DNA from: Hormiphora californensis
Taxonomy: Eukaryota > Animalia > Ctenophora
NCBI GenBank assembly: GCA_020137815.1
Contig: CM035356.1
Coordinates: 8,122,001-8,186,000, forward strand
Direction: 5' to 3'
Length of the DNA: 64,000 nucleotides
Shown here: piece by piece, positions 54,988 to 64,000 of the stretch
How the letters are laid out: the number at the start of each line of letters is the position of its first letter
How positions within the stretch are numbered: the stretch's first letter is position 1
Program-made: the position numbers and the translations under genes
Notes under the pieces: generated by a model
The model's input: only the letters and a program-made list of their open reading frames with translations
Databases searched by the model: none
Told to the model about the DNA's origin: nothing

Positions 54988-55774
54988 CTTTTATCCCCAT
55001 AATTTCTCGAGACTGATTATGATCTCCAAAATCAAGTGTAACAGATGTCCATGTGAAAATATCACGTGACACTTTTATCCCTTTCAAAAACTGACGATAA
55101 GTAGCTGCTAAATTGTCGCAGTACCATCACGCCAAATAAACAATGCAATTATAGTGTTCTTAGAATTCAGGGTTGAAGAGGGAGAGAGGTGGACGGTGGT
55201 GCAGACTTCACGATCAGACACCTGGCCGCTTTATCATATAATTAACCTGCCAATATTATAGCTGGATCATCCAGCAGCTGGGAGTTATTTTAGAGGATTG
55301 TGCCATGATCAATCCCCCCCCCCGGTAAAACTCTTCAATTCCATGTAACGGTACAATTATGCAGCAAAATGCACCATGTTGATTGGACGGCAGAGCTGCG
55401 ATCTCCTCTATTATCTTTCTCTCTATCTCTCTCTCTCTATCTTTATTTCTCTCTCTATCTCTCTCCATCTATTTTTCTCTTCGCACTATCCGGGCTCGGG
55501 GAACGCGTTTGGTCATTTAACGCGATGGATCAAGGATGCATTAGCAGTTTTCTCCGCCCAATAGCCCCCCCCCCTCTCTCAATCTACGTTTCTCTTTCTT
55601 TTTATACACCACGTGATCAGATCTATTCCTAAGATGCGCTGTTGTCGAGCTGAAGTTCTTCACTCCTCTCTCTCTCTCTCTTCTCTCTCTCTCCCTCTCT
55701 TTCTCTCTCTAGTTTCCCTCTCTTTCTCTCGCTTTCTAATGGTTTTGGGAGTCGGAATGGTGAGTGACCGAGAT

Positions 55775-55849
<75 letters not shown>

Positions 55850-56116
55850 TGAGAGGGAGAGAGAGAGAGGGGGAGGGCTAGAAAGGTAGAGGTTTGCAAC
55901 AAAACAATGGATAGGCATTAGCACGCAAGCCCTCACTTTGCCCCCTCTTCGTAATCTAAACCTTCGCTGAGTGGCTCCCTTCGTAGCTCTCTTCTGATTG
56001 GTCCTCAGACCCACGGTGCGCTCTCATTGGTCAGTCGTTGGGGAGCACATGATAGCATCACGTGACACAGCTATTCCCGTCAATAGCCAGAGGATTGACC
56101 AACCTCTCTCTCACTC

Positions 56117-56168
<52 letters not shown>

Positions 56169-56871
56169 CTCCCTCTCTCTCTCTCTCTGCTATCTTTATT
56201 TATATCATTGTAAACCCGTAGAGCAATACCACGTGATCACTAACGCTAAGAGAGAGAAAAAGATAGAGCGATAGAGAATTGCAACAAAACTTGCCCCCCC
56301 CCCATAAGTCGCAGTTACTTCGATCGGTATTTAAATTTTCAGTCGTAAAGCTTTTGTTTGTTTGATTTAGAAAAAAAAGTACTGATAACAGTTTGCTGGT
56401 GCGATGCGTAGAGAATGTTAGGGATAAAAAGTTAGAGAGAGAAAACAAACGATATAAATATAAGGCGATGCTTTTTATCGAACCCTCCTTGTTTGTATGT
56501 TACAAAACCAAGTCAAGCTCATTGCGAGGTCCCCAAGTTCTCCTTGAGCTTTGCTTCTTTATCTTTTGTACTTTATCTACCCCCTACTCTATTCCTTGTC
56601 TTCTTTTCTCTCTCGATCTCTCGTGGACTTCTTTTTATTCGTCGCCCCGCTACATATAATATAAATACATTTTTGTTATAAGATTTGTGTCTCTTATATG
56701 AGTTGTTTAATAGATCTATCTTAATTTCAAGCCATTTAATACTCATTTGAGTTGCCCAACGTCACAGTACCCCGCTAACCCACCTCTCCCACTCTAGCTC
56801 TAATAAATCGCAGCAAGATTGCAGCCACAGCAAGATCAACAACAACCCAGCAGAAATCCCCAGCTCCGACC

Positions 56872-59800
56872 ATGTCCCATTCAGCAAGTGCGGCAGCCAC
56901 CCTCGGTTCAGTTCAGAACCTGTTATCCTGCATGGCGGCCGCTGGAGGTGTTAGCCCTCACAAGGATGTAGGTTTACTTGGCGCTGACTCAATCTTCCTG
57001 CGACATGAGGTGTGCTGACAAACTGACAATCAGACAGACAGACAGAAGCGGACACACGTGACAAACAAACAGACAGACGGACATGGATGGACGCGAGGCG
57101 AACTGGCAGACAGAGAGGTAGACAACAGACGGACAAGTGATAATTCTCTGACCAACATGAACATATAACTATTGTTCTGACATGATGACTTTGCTGCTAT
57201 GTGTGTTAGCCCTGAAATTCCCCTCATGCTTTTGAAAGCCCCTGAACAGTTTTTGATTTAGATGCTTCCCTGCATACAAATATATTTTATTTTTTGCTAG
57301 AAATGAATTATGTAGCCCGTCCCAATCAGAACTAAACACACTAGTCTAAATGCGTGACTATGTTGGTAACGAAGTTACCCCTCCCTTGCTAGCACGCCAA
57401 GGTCTTGAAGCGACCTGAAAGGGGGTATTTCGTAACCTAGTGCAGACTAAGATCCCAGATAACACGTGTACATGGTTAACTCTGCATCCTATTAGATCAG
57501 CTATAACTACCCCACGCCCCCTCCCTGCAGGACGGACAACATGTGCTCCTCCCAACTGCCCTGGCCCAGCAACTAACACAGTACACACCTGCTGGAATCC
57601 TCCCATCCACCGCGTCTCTGATGAAGAAAGCTAGGAAAAGGGCCCCTAACTGGAGCAATGAAGAACAAGCCTGTCTGGTGAGTGTTATCATTCAGCTGAA
57701 TTCTGGGATAGAAATAATCCTTGTGTTTTCTCTATCATTGAATTCCGGGATAGAAATAATCCTTGTGTTTTTGATGTTCAGGTGAGTATCTGGTCGGCTT
57801 CAGACATGCAAGAAAAGTTCAAGAAGGCCACTCGAAAGTGGCCCCTGTGGGAGGAGATGGGTAAAATGCTGGAACGGGCCGGGTTCTATGGACGAGATGC
57901 GAAACAGTGCGAGGCCCTCATGCATCGGTATGTGATAGAATTGATAAAAGACATAATTTATAACAGGTCTTGCTTGATTTTATTTATTCCTGCTATGACT
58001 ATTTTATCCCCGTGAGACAGTTTTACATCCTAAATTTAACATCTCTCTTAGGTTAAAAAGCACATATTATCGATGTGTTAACCACAACAGACAACCCGGT
58101 AACGAGCCACAGTACTGCGCTTTTTACAGTGAAATCGATGCCGTTCTGTCCCAGAAAGATGCTTGCAAGGTTAGTCCCCTTAAAACCTAATCCTTGAGTT
58201 TTAAAAAACCTCAAATTTAGGGTCTTGGATTGGTCAACAATTGTGGCCTGTCATCAGAGCATTTTGCACCACCCCTTAAATTTAAGATTATCGTGATTTA
58301 TCTGTCAATCTCCCAGGTTCATAATCATTAGTGTTGTAGATAAAAGGAGAGGGAGAGACAGAGAGAGATAGAGAGACAGAGAGAGAGAGATAGCGAGATT
58401 TCAGTTTCGACCCACCATCTGGTTGCTATACTTGTCAAGATTTCTGTAGTTGGCCCAATGGGCACTGTGTGGTATACGGCAGATGGTGCTTTGTGCACAT
58501 GCGTGATTTCGCAAAAACAAAGTGACTAATAGAGACACTGAGAGAGAGAGAGAGAAAGAAGCACTTGCCCTATTTGAAAGTAGCAACAAATTATCTAATC
58601 ACGTGACTGCAACTAGAGCAGTAGAGCACAGCTGTCTGGTTGTTCCTACCAGAAATTGCTGTTTCTTTCCCTCTTTTTTACCTCTGTCCGTCTTTCTTTC
58701 GCTCTTCTATCAGTACCATCTCTATTATAATTTGGAGATGTCGCGTGATGGCCGTTCGTTCAGCGGTATCTAAGCGACAGACTGCTCCTTCATAAAACAC
58801 TTCATGTGCCCAAAGCTGTAAAGCTGCCATTTACACTTTTGGAACTTCCAGTGGGAGTTTGTTAATATTTTCGAATGACTTTCAACATGCCAGTCCACAT
58901 AGTTATCAATTCAGTTGCCATGGCAACCGTGTTATTGACGTGGAAAGGGGCGAAAAGAACCACCCGGCGAAGCCGGTTGGGTTATCAAAAAGCCTTTAGT
59001 TGAGGCGCACCCAATGGGTGCGCTAGTTTCAAAATATTTCCGTTTAGTACCAAGATTTGGATGAGAGTTTAAGTGTATGACTTCGTTTCACAGGTCTAAC
59101 CTTGTGTAGATCACACCGTGAGGGTTCAGTGGAGAGAGCAAGTCTAAGCTTCTCAAGTTGATATTGTTGGGCAACACACACATGCCCCTCGATCTAGCGA
59201 CCCTCATGAATCATGATAAGCACAATGAGTTTGTTTATAAATAGCAAAGCTAGACTAAGAGAAGATCAGCTGGGGGGAGGCTCATTTGACCAAAGTTAAC
59301 CCCAGCTCAAGCACAAAGACAGTATTATATTGAGAAAAACAGTACTCTAAGCTAGAAATATGTTCAATGTTTGACCCCCTTGATAAGCCCTTTTCTCGTT
59401 AAAGTGAGAGAGAACAGCCCCGATTTTGATGAAACTTGGTCAGAATAGTGTTTGGTGTCTAATTAGAAGTCAAAAAAAATTTTAGTGCTCAAATCCTAAA
59501 TTTAGGATTTTTAGGATTTTTAGGTTTTTCGGGTTTTATGGGTTTCAGAAACGTTCTAGAACAAAATGAATAAAACCATCTTTCTCGGCATTAAATTCTG
59601 CATCGATTATAGTGGTTATAAACCTTTCTATGACGTAAGGTTCAGAAGTTATCGCGAAAAAGCCCAAACGGGTACATGTGTTAGGGGCGGGTTCATGTTT
59701 TAGGCTAACCGGCGAACCTCTTGTCAGAACACCATGTTATAGGGTGTCAATCGACGCGTATTGATAAGGAGATCATTTTAGTGAAAATTATTTTGATCTG

Positions 59801-62800
59801 CGATGTCTGTGTAACGAATGAAACCTAAAAAACCTTACTGAATGAAGCATACCCGTTTGGTTAAAACATGTGGTAAGGTTTTTTAGGTTTCATTCGTTAC
59901 ACAGACATCGCAGATCAAAATAATTTTCACTAAAATGATCTCCTTATCAATACGCGTCGATTGACACCCTATAACATGGTGTTCTGACAAGAGGTTCGCC
60001 GGTTAGCCTAAAACATGAACCCGCCCCTAACACATGTACCCGTTTGGGCTTTTTCGCGATAACTTCTGAACCTTACGTCATAGAAAGGTTTATAACCACT
60101 ATAATCGATGCAGAATTTAATGCCGAGAAAGATGGTTTTATTCATTTTGTTCTAGAATGTTCCTGAAACCCATAAAAGCCGAAAAACCTAAAAATCCTAA
60201 AAATATAGTTTCAAAATATTTCCGTTTAGTACCAAGATTTGGATGAGAGTTTAAGTGTATGACTTCGTTTCACAGGTCTAACCTTGTGTAGATCACACCG
60301 TGAGGGTTCAGTGGAGAGAGCAAGTCTAAGCTTCTCAAGTTGATATTGTTGGGCAACACACACATGCCCCTCGATCTAGCGACCCTCATGAATCATGATA
60401 AGCACAATGAGTTTGTTTATAAATAGCAAAGCTAGACTAAGAGAAGATCAGCTGGGGGGAGGCTCATTTGACCAAAGTTAACCCCAGCTCAAGCACAAAG
60501 ACAGTATTATATTGAGAAAAACAGTACTCTAAGCTAGAAATATGTTCAATGTTTGACCCCCTTGATAAGCCCTTTTCTCGTTAAAGTGAGAGAGAACAGC
60601 CCCGATTTTGATGAAACTTGGTCAGAATAGTGTTTGGTGTCTAATTAGAAGTCAAAAAAAATTTTAGTGCTCAAATCCTAAATTTAGGATTTTTAGGATT
60701 TTTAGGTTTTTCGGGTTTTATGGGTTTCAGAAACGTTCTAGAACAAAATGAATAAAACCATCTTTCTCGGCATTAAATTCTGCATCGATTATAGTGGTTA
60801 TAAACCTTTCTATGACGTAAGGTTCAGAAGTTATCGCGAAAAAGCCCAAACGGGTACATGTGTTAGGGGCGGGTTCATGTTTTAGGCTAACCGGCGAACC
60901 TCTTGTCAGAACACCATGTTATAGGGTGTCAATCGACGCGTATTGATAAGGAGATCATTTTAGTGAAAATTATTTTGATCTGCGATGTCTGTGTAACGAA
61001 TGAAACCTAAAAAACCTTACTGAATGAAGCATACCCGTTTGGTTAAAACATGTGGTAAGGTTTTTTAGGTTTCATTCGTTACACAGACATCGCAGATCAA
61101 AATAATTTTCACTAAAATGATCTCCTTATCAATACGCGTCGATTGACACCCTATAACATGGTGTTCTGACAAGAGGTTCGCCGGTTAGCCTAAAACATGA
61201 ACCCGCCCCTAACACATGTACCCGTTTGGGCTTTTTCGCGATAACTTCTGAACCTTACGTCATAGAAAGGTTTATAACCACTATAATCGATGCAGAATTT
61301 AATGCCGAGAAAGATGGTTTTATTCATTTTGTTCTAGAATGTTCCTGAAACCCATAAAAGCCGAAAAACCTAAAAATCCTAAAAATCCTAAATTTAGGAT
61401 TTGAGCACTAAAAATTTTTTTGACTTCTAATTAGACACCAAACACTATTCTGACCAAGTTTCATCAAAATCGGGGCTGTTCTCTCTCACTTTAAGAAAAT
61501 CTACAAATCTCTGATCAAAACTAAATCCAATCCAAAAATGAAATAAAATTGACTCAATAATGAATATTCCTCCAGACGTATGTCGAAAGTGACGAGGAGT
61601 CGAGGGTTTCTGAGGGGGAGCTCCACTTGGCCCTTTCGGAACACAACCTTTCTAACAACACCCAACTAAACAACAGCGCTATCAGTGACAATGCAGACCA
61701 ATCACAACTAAACAGTCACCAAATAAAAGGTACCTACTCCTTCATAAATTATTCTGATGTGCTCCTTCATCAAACTAAATGTTATGCAACACTGTCTGTT
61801 ATACCAGGTGCTCCTTCATAAAACTAAAAACTCCTCACTTCAGGTACCAATGGAAATAATTCAGCAGCTGCAGCCGCACTAAGCCACGAGAATCTAAAAC
61901 ATTTTGTTGAGCAGCTTGCCGAGAGTCAAGCTTTACAGAACCAGTTCACCAAAGCCACAACCGGGTCCCCAGCTGTATCAGCAGCAGCGGCCGCTAACAT
62001 TGGCAATTATCCTGCTTCACTGTTGGTAAGAAATAGAGATAGAGAGGAAGATATATGGAGAGGGGAGTTGGTAAGCGAAAGAGGGGAGTTGGGTATGTTG
62101 TCTTGGTTACAGCTTTGTAGGGAGGTGGACGGGTGGGAGGTGGGAGGGTCAACATGATTTGTGTGCATGCAGGCCATGGTAAATGGGGTCAGGCAAATAG
62201 TCTGCAGCAGGGGGTGACATAACCTCTTCCTATATCTACAATCCTAAACATAACGGGTGATAACTAAAAGATGTCACAAATTTAAAACAGCTGTAGAATT
62301 TTTTCCTTTTGAGATACAGCTTCGGGCCAGTTATAAAACGATTTTTCAGACAATTTTGAATCGGAATAATATACCGGCAAAGACTAAACAGTTCGTTTTC
62401 ATTGTGATATCACATCATTTCCTTTTGCCCCACCAAAGCATTTAGTACGTGAAATTTACACACTTTTCTAGCACCTCTAGCACCTGTTCTGTTCAAGATT
62501 CAGCTTTGGGACAGTGATAGAATAATTTATCAGACAATTTTTAACGAAATTAACTTTGTTTCAAACTTCATAAATCTCAATTTCCTGATCAGAATCTTCT
62601 GTAACAAAGCGTAGTTTACAGGTAATTTGAGAAATCACCATTTCGACGATCTCTTGAAACATTAATGAACGTGAAAACCAATTTCTTAATGAGCTAAAAT
62701 GTTCAAACTTGGCAGTTATGTTGACTATAGCATGAACAACCAAACCTCCAATTACTAGAATTTTATCTCATCGGAAAAGTCATTTCTGATCACATAGAAG

Positions 62801-63267
62801 TTTCAAATCTCCGTACTACATGCTTTGGTGGGATAAGATGAAATGATCAGATATCGCAATAAAAATGAACTTTTTAGGTATTGCCGGTATACTATTCCGA
62901 TTCAAAATTGTCTGAAAAATCGTTCTATAACTGGTCCGAAGCTGTATCTCATAAGGGAAAAATTCTACAGCTGTTTTAAATTTGTGACATCTTTTAGTTA
63001 TCACCCGTTATGTCAATACTTATAACAATTATCCACTGATCTCAATTCCCCTCCTTCACGTCCCAATTATGATCCCCATCTGATTACTAACTCCGTCCCT
63101 CCCATTCAGCCGATCAGTGGGTCCATGGAACAACCGACAATAAAAGGGTCAGGATCCACAGCCACGATGGATTACTGTAGTTCTCTAATGAAACTTCTCA
63201 AACCTGAGTCCTTGACCATGAGCCCTCCTAAAACTTCCCCCAAAATGGCGGACAGCACTACCATGAG
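56872..63267 (+). CDS. Trihelix Myb/SANT-like DNA-binding protein (Myb_DNA-bind_4, MSANTD-like). Exons 56872-57009, 57531-57677, 57782-57927, 58052-58169, 61576-61729, 61844-62025, 63110-63267; continues downstream
   Basis: Spliced sequence KRAPNWSNEEQACL|VSIW..QEKF..RKWPLWEEMGKMLERAGFYGRDAKQCEALMH|RLKSTY..NHNRQPGNEPQYCAFYSEIDAVL. GT-AG phases are consistent; the true start may lie further upstream. Confidence 0.88.
58914..58927. promoter_or_regulatory. Perfect RFX X-box GTTGCCATGGCAAC (intronic)
   Basis: Exact palindromic consensus; function untested. Confidence 0.35.
59024..61385. repeat. 1182-bp near-perfect tandem duplication
   Basis: Units start TAGTTTCAAAATATTTCCG at 59024 and 60206. 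Confidence 0.95.
60585..61490. mobile_element. TTAA-flanked foldback MITE (Kolobok-like) with ~435-bp arms; truncated copy at 59403-60203
   Basis: TTAA|AGTGAGAGAGAACAGCCCCG..CGGGGCTGTTCTCTCTCACT|TTAA; spacer about 35 bp. Confidence 0.9.
62248..63013. mobile_element. Intronic MITE with ~200-bp TIRs
   Basis: ACATAACGGGTGATAACTAAAAGATGTCAC / GTGACATCTTTTAGTTATCACCCGTTATGT; gives mirrored pseudo-ORFs at 62257 (+) and 62816 (-). Confidence 0.85.
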
Positions 63268-64000
63268 GTAATTAGCGTTAATTAATTGGTACTTTAATTT
63301 AGCGTTAATTAGTTTCACAACTGCACCTAGGGTGAATGGTTAACTGCTTGCACTTCAGATTTAAGGGGGTAATATTTAATGCTTTTCAATCTTATATATA
63401 CTCGAGGGGGTAGAACACTTTTCGACACCCCTATAAGTCTTGTTTTTGAAAAGCTTTTAAAACCTAATGGGGGGTCCCTACCGTACTTTGTAAGTGGTTT
63501 TGTAGCTTCTACTATATTAATAGCTTTTAGTGTTGAAGAAGTAGCTAAAATGTACGTAAATACAGTGAGGGACGGAACCTGAAAGAGGGAGGGTTTGCCC
63601 CAAGGGGGTGGCATATTATAATTGGGGCCCGGGTATATAATGTAAAACCGCGATCGTAGCTTGGTACGGGAAATAGGGTTCGAGCTCCCATGACACAGGG
63701 CGGGGTCTCCCTCCATTGTATACCGTTTTATAATTGATCCAAGTATATGTTTATCAAATCCGGGCTCTCTCTCTCTCTCAGTTATAATGATGAGTTAAAT
63801 CGTTTTAGCAAGCATGTTCAGCTTGAACAAAACCCCATCACTTATCACCCAATTATCCTTTTATCTGTCCAGCTTATTATTCAATTGAATAGTTACGATC
63901 CTGTTTACAAGCTCATTAAATTTACTGATACATCTTCCTTCCGTCCTCAGCCCTCCACCATTCCACTAACCCTACTCTCCCTTCCTCAGCCCTCAGCCCC

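Overview
Eukaryotic (animal) genomic DNA: spliceosomal introns, (AG)n microsatellites and dense MITEs. A 40-nt match to the ctenophore spliced leader (recalled from memory) points to a Pleurobrachia/Hormiphora-like comb jelly. Genes reconstructed by hand: the 5' part of EXOSC3/RRP40 (-); a class A GPCR (-, 14.8-26.3 kb) with a secreted 'two repeated domains + Sushi' gene nested antisense in one intron; a probable Ig/FN3 GPI-anchored adhesion gene hidden in an error-rich AG-repeat region (-, about 34.8-54 kb, low confidence); and a trihelix Myb/SANT gene (+, from 56.9 kb). Best candidates for something new: (1) a discrete 1.2-kb retro-insertion made of spliced leader + intact LINE ORF1 + simple-repeat tail, with no ORF2, sitting inside an older LINE ORF2; (2) a four-level transposon nest in which two different CRE (RT+RLE) retrotransposons each sit inside poly-G-ended MITEs at a shared AAKTTTTRG target with 12-13 bp TSDs. 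Parts of the window (about 5.3-5.8, 25-26 and 35-56 kb) look like unpolished long-read consensus, so frameshifts there may be artefacts.
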